In this document: in pieces, positions 28,626-38,217 of the stretch
How the letters are laid out: every line of letters starts with the position of its first letter
Position numbering within the stretch: the stretch's first letter is position 1
Source: Patescibacteria group bacterium
Lineage (GTDB): Bacteria > Patescibacteriota > WWE3 > UBA101185 > UBA10185
Direction of reading: 5' to 3'
DNA length: 64,000 nt
Assembly (NCBI GenBank): GCA_026004595.1
Contig: BPJL01000002.1
Span: 1,431-65,430, forward strand
Position numbers and translations under genes: made by a program
Notes under the pieces: model-generated
Told to the model about the DNA's origin: nothing
Seen by the model: the letters and a program-made list of their open reading frames with translations, nothing else
Database searches by the model: none

Positions 28626-28832
28626 ATGTTTTATTTAATAGCAGCGTTTCTAATATTGGTAGTTTTTGTTGTTACTGCAAGGATATTGAGTTCCTTAATA
28701 AAAGGATGTCTCATAGCTCTAGGTGTATTTATTATTGTCATTACGGCATTTTTGGTGTATAAATCATCAAGAGAGCCTGTTGAACTGTTTGGTATTTATA
28801 GACTGCATAATTTTGAAATTACCAAACTCTGA
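28626..28832 (+). CDS. Small two-TM membrane protein
   Basis: 68-aa hydrophobic ORF filling the rny-ymdB gap. Confidence 0.6.
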   Translation: MFYLIAAFLILVVFVVTARILSSLIKGCLIALGVFIIVITAFLVYKSSREPVELFGIYRLHNFEITKL

Positions 28833-28854
28833 AAGATCTTATTAAGAAACATTT

Positions 28855-29634
28855 ATGAAAATTCTTTGTGTAGGCGAAATAGTAGCCGGTCCAGGGCGCA
28901 AGGCGGTAGAAGCCGCTCTCCCTGAAATAATAAAAGAGCACAAAGTTGATTTTGTCTTTTCCAATTGTGAAAACTTAGTGTCGGGAAGAGGTTTCACCGA
29001 AGAAAAAATACAAGATATGCAAAAAGTCGGAATTGATTTTTTTACCGGAGGCGACCACATCTTTTGGCAAAAGGAATCAGAGGATGCAATCGACCGTCTT
29101 CCTATTATTAGGCCCGCAAATTATCCAGAAGGGACGCCAGGGGTTGGCCACAAAATTGTCGACCTAGGCAAAAAGGGTGAAATACTGATGATTAACTTGA
29201 TGGGAAGAACCTCCTTTTCTACCTTGCATGCTTATCTTGAAGATCCATTTAGAACCGCTGATGCGATACTCAAATCTTATGAAGACAGGAAATTTTCCGC
29301 GATTATTGTTGATTTCCATGCTGAAGCCACAAGTGAAAAATACGCTCTTGCCCATTATTTAGATGGAAGGGTTGATATTTTTGTTGGTTCTCACACACAT
29401 GTTCCTACTTGCGATGAAATAATAATGCCCAAGGGCACTTTGTACATTACAGATGTGGGTATGACCGGATCAATAGACTCAGTTTTAGGAGTTGAAAGCA
29501 AAATAATAATAAACATGTTCATGACTGCAAGAAATCAGAGGTTCGATTGGGAAGAGCATGGAAGAAAAGCTTTTAGGAGTGTTTTGTTTGATACAGATAA
29601 TAAAGAAATAAAGAGAATAGATAGGTTAATTTAG
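28855..29634 (+). CDS. ymdB: YmdB-family metallophosphoesterase
   Basis: RPANYP, NLMGR, DFHAEATSEK, SHTHVPT, TDVGMTG. Confidence 0.93.
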   Translation: MKILCVGEIVAGPGRKAVEAALPEIIKEHKVDFVFSNCENLVSGRGFTEEKIQDMQKVGIDFFTGGDHIFWQKESEDAIDRLPIIRPANYPEGTPGVGHKIVDLGKKGEILMINLMGRTSFSTLHAYLEDPFRTADAILKSYEDRKFSAIIVDFHAEATSEKYALAHYLDGRVDIFVGSHTHVPTCDEIIMPKGTLYITDVGMTGSIDSVLGVESKIIINMFMTARNQRFDWEEHGRKAFRSVLFDTDNKEIKRIDRLI

Positions 29635-29677
29635 TTCGCCAACCAGGCAGACGACCTGAAAGGGGGTGTCTTATTAA

Positions 29678-29950
29678 ATGACAAAACAAGAATTACAAGC
29701 GAAAGTTGCTGATAAAGCGGGGATGACAAAAGTTGATGCAGCCAAGGCAGTAGATGCAGTGGCTGATATAATCACTCAAGTATTGAAGAGGGGCGAGAAA
29801 GTTACCTGGACCGGATTCGGAACATTCGAAGTCCGACCCAGAAGATCAAGAATGGGAAGAAATCCTCAAACGGGAGCTCCCCTTCACATTCCTGCAAGCA
29901 AGACTCCAGCTTTCAAGGCCGGTAAGGGCTTGAAGGATGCGGTAAAGTAA
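29678..29950 (+). CDS. hup: DNA-binding protein HU
   Basis: [31 protein letters not shown]. Confidence 0.96.
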   Translation: MTKQELQAKVADKAGMTKVDAAKAVDAVADIITQVLKRGEKVTWTGFGTFEVRPRRSRMGRNPQTGAPLHIPASKTPAFKAGKGLKDAVK

Positions 29951-29982
29951 CTTAAGTGGAAAGACTTTAGTTACGTCTAGAG

Positions 29983-30014
29983 AGCAGCCTCCTTTTCGGA
30001 GGCTGTTTTCTTTT
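29983..30014 (+). terminator. hup terminator
   Basis: AGCAGCCTCC-TTTTC-GGAGGCTGTT then a T-rich tail. Confidence 0.85.
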
Positions 30015-30179
30015 GCGTTTACAATGTTTTGTTTACAGAAGATAAAAGACAAGCATTGTTTTTAGTGGACGGTTTGAAGAAGTGGTGCTTTTTATTAATA
30101 CAGCATTTTAAGAAGAAATTTTTGACGAATCTATATTGTATTTAACGATCTCTGTATTTAGGTGCTAAAATATCCAAGT

Positions 30180-31106
30180 ATGACAAATGGAAAAGACTAC
30201 TACAAAATCCTAGGTATAGATAAAAATGCTTCGGAGGAAGATATAAAAAAGGCATACAGAAAACTTGCTAGGGAGCACCACCCTGATGTTGTATCTGAAA
30301 AAGATAAAGAAGCCGCAGAGAAGCGCTTTAAAGAGATAAACGAGGCTTATAGGGTGCTAAGCGATCCCGAGAAACGCAAGATGTATGATAAGTTCGGTAC
30401 AGCCGAACCAGGAAAAGGATTCGGAGGTTTTGGGGAAGGTTTCGGGAGGAGCGGCCAGTGGGGACCCTTTACTTATACCTATACTACAAACGGAGGAGCC
30501 GATTTCGGAGATTTTGACCCATTTGACATTTTTGAAAGTATGTTTGGTTTTCGCGGATTTGGGCAACGCACCCCCAAAAGAGGTAAGAACCTGTATTACC
30601 AAATGGATATAACCTTTAGAGAAGCTGTTTTCGGTGTTGAAAAGGACATAAATATTGAAAGCGGGAGAGTAAGAATAAAGATACCGGCGGGTGCGCGAGA
30701 TGGCTTGGAGCTTAAATTCGCTGGGAAAGGTATGCCGGGACCTGGCGGCGCCCCTGCTGGAGATTTGTTTTTAACACTTAGAGTTTCCTACCCTCAAGAA
30801 TTCAGGGTTTCGGGAGATGACGTGCTTGTTTTGGCTGATGTGGACATTGTTACCGCCGCTTTAGGCGGGGTAATTGAAGTACCTGTTGTTGATTTGAGCA
30901 GACCTGATGCTATAGGTAAGGCAAAGTTGAGAATCCCGGCGGGAACACAACATGGTACGAGGTTTGCCGTAAGGGGAAAAGGTATGCCAAGGTTGCATGG
31001 AAGGGGCCAGGGCGATGTTTTAGTGCAGGTAAATGTGGTTGTACCTAGGAGACTGAATAAGAAACAGAAGGATCTGCTGGAAGCCTTCGGGGCGGCTCGA
31101 GAATAA
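30180..31106 (+). CDS. DnaJ-class (type II/CbpA-like) co-chaperone without zinc finger
   Basis: J domain with HPD, G/F-rich linker, C-terminal domain, no CxxCxGxG. Confidence 0.9.
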   Translation: MTNGKDYYKILGIDKNASEEDIKKAYRKLAREHHPDVVSEKDKEAAEKRFKEINEAYRVLSDPEKRKMYDKFGTAEPGKGFGGFGEGFGRSGQWGPFTYTYTTNGGADFGDFDPFDIFESMFGFRGFGQRTPKRGKNLYYQMDITFREAVFGVEKDINIESGRVRIKIPAGARDGLELKFAGKGMPGPGGAPAGDLFLTLRVSYPQEFRVSGDDVLVLADVDIVTAALGGVIEVPVVDLSRPDAIGKAKLRIPAGTQHGTRFAVRGKGMPRLHGRGQGDVLVQVNVVVPRRLNKKQKDLLEAFGAARE

Positions 31107-31113
31107 GTTCATG

Positions 31114-31142
31114 TTGACCCCATTCTTGCATTGATGTATTAT
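31114..31142 (+). promoter_or_regulatory. nusA-infB promoter
   Basis: TTGACC-N17-TATTAT. Confidence 0.7.
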
Positions 31143-31173
31143 CAAGCCGTATAAGAAGTAGCGGTAGGTTGAT

Positions 31174-31196
31174 AAGTGGGTGTGTCCCACTTTTTT
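31174..31196 (+). terminator. nusA leader attenuator
   Basis: AAGTGGG-TGTGT-CCCAC-T6 between the promoter and nusA. Confidence 0.75.
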
Positions 31197-31216
31197 AATT
31201 AATTTAATTAAAAAAT

Positions 31217-32425
31217 ATGGCAATATCGGAATTTAATGCAGCAATAAATCAAGTAGCGGCCGAAAGAGGTATAGCGGTTGAGAGTGTGCTTGCTTCGGTC
31301 AGAACAGCTTTAGCTACGGCCTATAAAAAGGATAGAAAAGAGGCTGGTGAAGAAGTAGATTTGGACGAAATTGAAGTTGATTTGAATTCCGAAACCGGAG
31401 AAGTGAGAATTCTAAAGGACAAAAAAGATGTCACGCCGTCAGGTTTTGGCCGAATTGCAGCCCAAACCGCGAAGCAAGTCATACTTCAGAAAATCAGGGA
31501 AACCGAAAAAGAGGTTGTTACAAACGAGTTTAAATCTAAAATTGGCCAGGTCATGCTCGGGACCGTCTTTAGAATAGACAATGGTGTTGTAACTTTAGAT
31601 TTGGGTAAGACTCGAGCCCAGGGGGTAATGCCTCCGAACGAGCAGGTTCCTTTTGAAAATTACAGAATAAACCAAAGGTTAAAAGTTTTAGTAAAGGATA
31701 TAAAAGAAACGCCGAGAGGCACAGAAGTAATTGTAAGCAGGGCGGACCCTCAATTTGTGGTGAAGCTTTTTGAGCAAGAAGTTCCCGAAATTGCCTCGGG
31801 CGTAGTCACCGTTGAAGCGATTGCACGAGAAGCCGGATCGAGAACTAAAATGGCTGTTTCGTCCAGGGACGATAAAGTTGATCCCGTAGGAAGCTGTGTG
31901 GGGCAAAAGGGAGTTAGGGTACAGGCTATAATATCCGAACTATTCGGAGAAAAAATTGACATAATCCCTTATTACGATGTGACAGAAAAGTTTATTGCGG
32001 CAAGTCTGTCCCCCGCCAAAGTAGCTGAAGTAGAGTTGGATAAAGAGAACAAGAGAGCAATTGTAACGGTTCCCGAAGAACAGCAAAGTCTTGCTATCGG
32101 GAAAGAGGGACAGAATGCTCGTCTGGCCAACAAACTTACCAAATGGAAGATAGATATAAAAGGCGCTGCTGGTATTTTCTCTGCTGATTCCGGGGAGGCC
32201 TTGAAGATCGGAACCCAGGAGGAAAAGAAAGTTGTTGGTGTTTGGGATGAAGCTATAAAAAAGACCGAAGAAGAGAGAATTGAAAAAGATAGAAAACGTG
32301 AAGAAGAGGAAGCCGCCGCAAAAGCAGAGACCGATGAGGCCGAATCGGTAGAAGATTCCAACGCTTCTAGCATACAGGATACCCAAGATGTACAATCAGA
32401 AGAGTCAGCACTCCAGGAGCAATGA
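31217..32425 (+). CDS. nusA: Transcription factor NusA
   Basis: FGRIAAQTAKQV, AREAGSRTK, AIGKEGQNARLA. Confidence 0.97.
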   Translation: MAISEFNAAINQVAAERGIAVESVLASVRTALATAYKKDRKEAGEEVDLDEIEVDLNSETGEVRILKDKKDVTPSGFGRIAAQTAKQVILQKIRETEKEVVTNEFKSKIGQVMLGTVFRIDNGVVTLDLGKTRAQGVMPPNEQVPFENYRINQRLKVLVKDIKETPRGTEVIVSRADPQFVVKLFEQEVPEIASGVVTVEAIAREAGSRTKMAVSSRDDKVDPVGSCVGQKGVRVQAIISELFGEKIDIIPYYDVTEKFIAASLSPAKVAEVELDKENKRAIVTVPEEQQSLAIGKEGQNARLANKLTKWKIDIKGAAGIFSADSGEALKIGTQEEKKVVGVWDEAIKKTEEERIEKDRKREEEEAAAKAETDEAESVEDSNASSIQDTQDVQSEESALQEQ

Positions 32426-32468
32426 TGCTGTCTAATGTTAAAAGTAATTTTAATATGAGGTTTTTGTC

Positions 32469-33965
32469 ATGGTTGAAAATAAAGGTAAAAATACAACTGA
32501 AGAGAACTTGCGGGCACCCATTGTTACCGTTATGGGACACGTTGACCATGGTAAAACCAGCATTCTTGACGCTATCAGGCACAGCAATATAACAGCCAGT
32601 GAGTACGGCGGAATAACTCAACACATCGGAGCTTATCAAATCCAGTACAAAGACAAAAAGATAACCTTTATCGATACACCCGGACATGCCGCCTTCGCTC
32701 AAATGAGAGCCAGAGGAGGAAAAGTTGCCGACATTGTGGTGCTTGTGGTTGCGGCCGATGAGGGGGTGAAGCCTCAAACTAAGGAAGCAATCTCTCATGC
32801 TTTAGCTGCTAAAGTCCCGGTTGTGGTAGCGATAAACAAAATGGATACCGCGGGGGCCAACCCTCAGAAAGTAAAACAAGAATTATCCCAGGAAAATATT
32901 TTAGTTGAAGATTGGGGAGGGGAGTGCCTTAGTGTTGAGCTTTCGGCCAAAACAAAACAAAACATAGACAAACTTCTTGATGCCATTCTATGTGTGGCGG
33001 AAATGCAAGAGTTGAAAGCTGATCCAAAAGGCGAACTTGAGGCCATGATAATTGAATCAAAATTGGATAGGAGAAGGGGTGTGGTTGTTTCGTGCATTGT
33101 TAGAAATGGAACTTTGAGGGTTGGAGACAGGATTGTTTCAGGAGGGTACAAATGCAAAGTAAAGTCAATGGTTGATGATAAGGGAAAAAATATTCAGAGC
33201 GCTGGTCCCTCTACTCCGGTTGAAGTGTTGGGGTTTAAAGAAGTTCCCAGGGTGGGAGATTTGATAGTTTATGAGGGAAGTGAGTTGGCCGAACTGGCCG
33301 TACAAGACAATCAGCCGGAAATTATAGGAAAAGACGCCAAAAAGACTATCGCGGTTGTGCTCAAAGCCGATACCCAAGGTACTCTTGAGGCTGTGAAAAG
33401 TAGTTTGGCCGAGCTGATAACTTCATCGGTTGGGTCCACATACGCCATGAAGTTTTTGTATTGCGGCACAGGGGATATATCTGAATCCGATGTTATGCTA
33501 GCCCAAAGCGCAAAGGGGGGCGTGGTTTTAGGTTTTAACACACGTGTTCCCCCATCGGTAGCAGATTTGGCGGCTGATAACAAAGTTATGGTAAGAACAT
33601 ACAAGACGATTTACGAACTTGTTGATGACGCTAAAAATATCCTGGAAGGAACTGCAGTTGAGGAGGAGTCAAAGATAAAAGGTCGTGGGCAGATCATTAA
33701 ACTTTTCAAACTGCCTTCGGGGGATACGGTTGCTGGGACAAAGGTAATCGCGGGTGCTCTAAAAGCCGGTGGCAAGGTCTCGGTTTATAATAAGGACCCC
33801 GCCGATGTAACAGATGATGATATTCCTTTATATACCGGAACAATAAAATCATTACATAAGGGGCAGGATGAGGTGAAAGTGATAGGAAAGGATGTGGAAT
33901 GCGGTGTATTGCTGAAGCCCCAATTTGAAGGCCTGGAAGTTGGAATGTGGTTGGAAGCTCGATAA
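32469..33965 (+). CDS. infB: Translation initiation factor IF-2, short form without N-domain
   Basis: GHVDHGKT, DTPGH, NKMD, KADTQGT. Confidence 0.96.
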   Translation: MVENKGKNTTEENLRAPIVTVMGHVDHGKTSILDAIRHSNITASEYGGITQHIGAYQIQYKDKKITFIDTPGHAAFAQMRARGGKVADIVVLVVAADEGVKPQTKEAISHALAAKVPVVVAINKMDTAGANPQKVKQELSQENILVEDWGGECLSVELSAKTKQNIDKLLDAILCVAEMQELKADPKGELEAMIIESKLDRRRGVVVSCIVRNGTLRVGDRIVSGGYKCKVKSMVDDKGKNIQSAGPSTPVEVLGFKEVPRVGDLIVYEGSELAELAVQDNQPEIIGKDAKKTIAVVLKADTQGTLEAVKSSLAELITSSVGSTYAMKFLYCGTGDISESDVMLAQSAKGGVVLGFNTRVPPSVADLAADNKVMVRTYKTIYELVDDAKNILEGTAVEEESKIKGRGQIIKLFKLPSGDTVAGTKVIAGALKAGGKVSVYNKDPADVTDDDIPLYTGTIKSLHKGQDEVKVIGKDVECGVLLKPQFEGLEVGMWLEAR

Positions 33966-34038
33966 ATAAGCATCTACCCTCTTTGACTGAACTTAATGTT
34001 TGATGTAAAATCTCCTGTCACCTCGGAAAGAGGTATTT

Positions 34039-34677
34039 ATGGCAGATTTTGACCTTGAAACTAAAATCAAAGATGTTATAGCAGGCGCCCGAAAAGTGGC
34101 GATTGTGCCATCAATAATCGATGGCGCTGACTCTTTTGCCGCCGCAGTTGGTCTTTATAGGATGCTTTCAGCAAGAGGCAAAAACACAACCATTTTGTAC
34201 TCCGGAGCTGTCCCTGTTGGGTTTGAGAAGATAACCGAAGGTGTTACGATCAGCTCGTCAATGGGCAATAGAAGCTTGGTTGTTTCAATTGATTACTCCG
34301 GTACTTCAGCTTCAAAAGTGAACTACACAACCGAAAACGACACTTTGTTCTTTTATCTAAGCCCGATTGAACGTGATTTCGATCTGAACAAGGTAAAAGC
34401 CGAAATAACCGGACCTGATTATGACCTTTACATCACAATCGGTGTGCAGAGCCCCGAGGACACAGGCGTTCTGAGGGAACAGCTAGAAACAGAGATGTTG
34501 AAGTCAAAGGTGCTGAACTTGGACAATAGCTCCGAAAATACAAGATTTGGATCCTTGTATTTTGTTGATCCTTCAATGGAGAGTCTTTGCTTGCTGGTGT
34601 TGAATAAAGCTCCCAAGTGGGACTTGATTGTCAATACGCCCTCCCTTAAGGCTTTAGCAGCCGCAGTTTCTCACTAA
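34039..34677 (+). CDS. Degenerate DHH-family (NrnA-like N-domain) protein
   Basis: DGADSFAA and NLDNS..NTRFG align with DHH motifs, but the DHH triad and DHHA1 domain are absent. Confidence 0.55.
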   Translation: MADFDLETKIKDVIAGARKVAIVPSIIDGADSFAAAVGLYRMLSARGKNTTILYSGAVPVGFEKITEGVTISSSMGNRSLVVSIDYSGTSASKVNYTTENDTLFFYLSPIERDFDLNKVKAEITGPDYDLYITIGVQSPEDTGVLREQLETEMLKSKVLNLDNSSENTRFGSLYFVDPSMESLCLLVLNKAPKWDLIVNTPSLKALAAAVSH

Positions 34678-34733
34678 AACACTAAGAAAAGCTTGATTTT
34701 TAAGGGTTTTTTTGATACCATTCATTGTTGGTT

Positions 34734-35003
34734 ATGGCCTTAAATAAAGAGAAAAAAGCTCAAATAATTAAGTCCAACAGGCTTCATGAAGCCGACACGG
34801 GATCTCCCGAAGTTCAGATAGCTCTTCTGAATGAGAGGATTGCCAAGCTGTCAGCTCACTTGAAGACCCATAAAAAGGACAACCATTCTAGAAGAGGGCT
34901 GCTTCAGATGGTTAACAAGAGGAGAAGGCTTCTCTCTTATCTTAAAAAGAAGGACGAAGAAAGATATACCCTCGCCTCTGAAAAATTAGAGCTTTCTAAG
35001 TAG
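34734..35003 (+). CDS. rpsO: 30S ribosomal protein S15
   Basis: [22 protein letters not shown]. Confidence 0.98.
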   Translation: MALNKEKKAQIIKSNRLHEADTGSPEVQIALLNERIAKLSAHLKTHKKDNHSRRGLLQMVNKRRRLLSYLKKKDEERYTLASEKLELSK

Positions 35004-35031
35004 TTTTTGGCCTTACTAAGTAATTAAGTTC

Positions 35032-35129
35032 TAAGCCCGGATTTAAATCGGATTAGGAGTTAATGTATTGCGCACATGTCTTTGTGCCTAATATTTTAAG
35101 TCTTAATCCCGCATTTATCTCCCGGCTTA
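35032..35129 (+). promoter_or_regulatory. Long imperfect hairpin in the pnp leader (putative RNase III site)
   Basis: Nested pairs TAAGCC/GGCTTA, TAAAT/ATTTA, GGATTAGGA/TCTTAATCC, GCACA/TGTGC. Confidence 0.65.
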
Positions 35130-35142
35130 CAAACAGAAAAAA

Positions 35143-37263
35143 ATGAATAAAATTGTACGAAAAGAAACAAGTTTTGCCGGTAGAAAGCTTGTGCTTGAAA
35201 CCGGAGAGTTAGCGATGCAGTCAGATATGGCTGTAAAGGCTTCTTATGGAGACACCGTTGTTTTAGCTACGGTTGTTCACAGCGCGCCTCTTCCCGATGT
35301 TGATTTCTTTCCCCTAACGGTAAATTACGAGGAAAAGCTCTATGCAAGCGGAACAATAAAATCCTCACGCTTTGTCAAAAGGGATGGAAAAGCGACCGAT
35401 GAGGCAGTAATAAGTAAAAGGCTGATAGATCACGCTATAAGACCATTATTTCCTAAAGAATATATGGATGAAGTCCAGGTTGTCGTGACCATATTATCTC
35501 TTGACGTAGATGCCGATCCGGAGTTTACCTCCATGGTAGCGGTTTCGGCGGCCCTTTCTGCCAGTGAAATTCCTTGGGACGGTCCAATGGTTAGTGTAAG
35601 GGTGGGGAAAGTTAATGGAAATTACATTCTCAACCCGAGTAGTCTTGTTCTCCAGACTGAGTCAAAGTTGAATATGATGGTTTCTTTTGTCGGGGAACAA
35701 AAGAAGTTTCTTGCGGTAGAGGCGGAGGCCCACATTGTTCCCGAGGATGAAATATTCGGTGCTATTAACTATGCGCGCGATAATTCCGACGCTCTTTTTT
35801 CTTTCATAAAGGAATTTGCGAGGGAGGTTAATCCAGATTCCATAGTTTACCCCTACGAACCCAAAGTCTTGAGCCCCGAGCTTGTTTCCGACGTTTCGGC
35901 GATAGCCAAAGAAACCATAGAGAAGATAATAAGAATGGAATTTGACAAAACCGAGCTCAAGGAAAAAAGAGAGGAAATGCAAGGAAAAGTGTTCACGGAG
36001 CTTGAGGGAAAGTATAAAAAGGCCGATATGCTTTTGGCTCTTGAGGAATTAGAGAAGAAATCTATTCAGCATTTAATTCTGGAAGAGGGAAAGAGGCCTG
36101 ACGGGCGGGGCGTTAAGGATATTAGGGAAATAACTTGTCAGATCGGGCTTTTGCCCAGAACGCATGGTTCGGCTCTCTTTACAAGAGGTGTTACCCAAGC
36201 TCTAACTGTTTGTACTTTGGGGTCTCCTTCTATGGAGCTTCTTGTGCAGAACATGTATGGGGAGACCAACAAGAGATTTATGCATTACTACAACTTTCCT
36301 CCTTTTTCTACGGGTGAAACTGGGAAGATAGGAGCCCCGAAATCAAGAGAAATAGGTCACGGAATGTTGGCCGAAAAAGCTTTAAAGGCTGTTATTCCAA
36401 GTCAGACGGATTTTCCTTACACAATACTTTTAGTATCCGAAATACTTTCATCTAGCGGTTCTTCGTCAATGGCGGCGACATGCGGTTCAACCCTCGCCCT
36501 AATGGATGCCGGAGTCCCGATAAAAGATATGGTGGCGGGGATTGGTGTGGGAATAATCACTAACGATGATTTCAGTAATTATAAGATTATGACCGATCTA
36601 GCTTATCTCGAGGATGCATACGGATTTCTTGATTTCAAGATGACCGGTACTAGAAACGGTGTTACTGCTATACAGGCTGATATGAAAGTAAAAGGTATCC
36701 CCGTGGAAGTATTGAAGGACATTATTGATCAATCCAGAGAGGGAAGAATGAAAGTTCTAGACCAGATGGAAAAGACTATAAAAGAGCCGAAAGCTACTGT
36801 ATCACAATATGCTCCCAAAACAACCACGTTGAAGATAAATCCTGACAAGATAGGAATTGTAATTGGAAGCGGCGGAAAAACTATAAAGGAGATACAGGAC
36901 ACTACAGAAACTGAGATATTTATTGAGGAGGACGGTACGGTGATAATTTCGGCTGTTAATATGGATAATGTTCAGAAAGCCGCCAAGATTGTTGACGGCC
37001 TCACAAGAGATTTGCGAACAGGAGAAGTGTTTGAGGGTACAGTAAAAGACATCTTGGATTTTGGCGCTCTAGTGGAGATTCTTCCCGGAAGAGTTGGCCT
37101 GATGCATGTCAGCGAAATAACCAACGTTTATGTCAAAAGGGTTGAAGATTGGTACAAGCCCGGTGACAAGGTAAAAGTAAAGATAATAGGTTTGGGGCCC
37201 GAGGGAAAAATCAGTTTGTCTCACAAGGCTGTTGAAGAGAGACACGGTAGGTCAGAGGATTGA
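35143..37263 (+). CDS. pnp: Polyribonucleotide nucleotidyltransferase
   Basis: DFFPLTVNYEEK, HGSALFTRG, HYNFPPFS, KH and S1 domains. Confidence 0.98.
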   Translation: MNKIVRKETSFAGRKLVLETGELAMQSDMAVKASYGDTVVLATVVHSAPLPDVDFFPLTVNYEEKLYASGTIKSSRFVKRDGKATDEAVISKRLIDHAIRPLFPKEYMDEVQVVVTILSLDVDADPEFTSMVAVSAALSASEIPWDGPMVSVRVGKVNGNYILNPSSLVLQTESKLNMMVSFVGEQKKFLAVEAEAHIVPEDEIFGAINYARDNSDALFSFIKEFAREVNPDSIVYPYEPKVLSPELVSDVSAIAKETIEKIIRMEFDKTELKEKREEMQGKVFTELEGKYKKADMLLALEELEKKSIQHLILEEGKRPDGRGVKDIREITCQIGLLPRTHGSALFTRGVTQALTVCTLGSPSMELLVQNMYGETNKRFMHYYNFPPFSTGETGKIGAPKSREIGHGMLAEKALKAVIPSQTDFPYTILLVSEILSSSGSSSMAATCGSTLALMDAGVPIKDMVAGIGVGIITNDDFSNYKIMTDLAYLEDAYGFLDFKMTGTRNGVTAIQADMKVKGIPVEVLKDIIDQSREGRMKVLDQMEKTIKEPKATVSQYAPKTTTLKINPDKIGIVIGSGGKTIKEIQDTTETEIFIEEDGTVIISAVNMDNVQKAAKIVDGLTRDLRTGEVFEGTVKDILDFGALVEILPGRVGLMHVSEITNVYVKRVEDWYKPGDKVKVKIIGLGPEGKISLSHKAVEERHGRSED

Positions 37264-37299
37264 CACCTTTTTGCCGCGAGAGCTGATATAATTTACTTG

Positions 37300-38217
37300 A
37301 TGCTGAAAACCTGCCCTCAGTGTGGAAGAAATCTAACAAAAGCTGATAACTACTTTTGCCATGTTTGTGGAGCAGTTACAGGTGGAGGTGCGGCAAGATC
37401 TAATAAACGTTACTATTTGGGTTCCAAAACTTCTTTAAAAGATGGTGTTTCTTTTAGTTTATCGCCTTGGGGGTTTTTGGCAGGTGTTTGTGTTTTTATT
37501 TTATTGGTGGGTTCAGCTATTCTCTCATCTCGCATAGCCAGCAAGGCCGCGGATAGGGGAAGTTTAGTTATTTCAAACATGTTTTCTTCAAATAATTCTC
37601 CTGCCCCCCAACAGGTAAGTAAAAATGAAAAATCTTCGGTTCCGGACAGCTTCTCGCTCGCTTCTGACATTGAGAACTTTGTTCCATTTCAGACGGATTT
37701 TGTAGTCGTATTTTATTCCCATTTAGATTTTTTGGACGCTCTTAAATTTTTTAAGGTAGAAAATACGTTTGATGTGGATTTTCTCAAAAATCTAAACCGC
37801 CCTCCCTATGTGATAATTCTAACCCCGCCGGCGGGGGAAAATGAGGAGTTGAGAACAGCATTGCTGCTGTTTCCTGTTGAGAAACCGGCCGAGGGTGATT
37901 ATTCCAGATATGTTGATAAGGAATTTTCAGAAACAATTTTAGATAAAGCTGTTGTTTTGGCGAATGATCCTGGTGTTGCTGAAGAAATTACCCAAGTATC
38001 CAAAGGACTCCACAAGGGAATAGGGCTTAATTCATACTATATGAATATAAGACGTAAAATTCCGGAAAATGTGAGGTCAAAGATTTTTGTCTTTTCTAAT
38101 ATTGGTGTAGGATATGTTAACCAGCTTGATACCGACAAGATGCCGGAATCAGTAAAAATGCTGGTTATAAATTATATGAAATCCGGCAGTTATTACGGAT
38201 TTGTAGAATATGAATGA
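37300..38217 (+). CDS. Zinc-ribbon membrane protein
   Basis: CPQCG..FCHVCG, single TM, soluble C-terminal region. Confidence 0.7.
   Translation: MLKTCPQCGRNLTKADNYFCHVCGAVTGGGAARSNKRYYLGSKTSLKDGVSFSLSPWGFLAGVCVFILLVGSAILSSRIASKAADRGSLVISNMFSSNNSPAPQQVSKNEKSSVPDSFSLASDIENFVPFQTDFVVVFYSHLDFLDALKFFKVENTFDVDFLKNLNRPPYVIILTPPAGENEELRTALLLFPVEKPAEGDYSRYVDKEFSETILDKAVVLANDPGVAEEITQVSKGLHKGIGLNSYYMNIRRKIPENVRSKIFVFSNIGVGYVNQLDTDKMPESVKMLVINYMKSGSYYGFVEYE

Noticed and set aside
30021-30059. Hairpin ACAATGTTTTG/CAAGCATTGT after the hup terminator as an sRNA
   Set aside because: AT-rich, weak, and no convincing promoter
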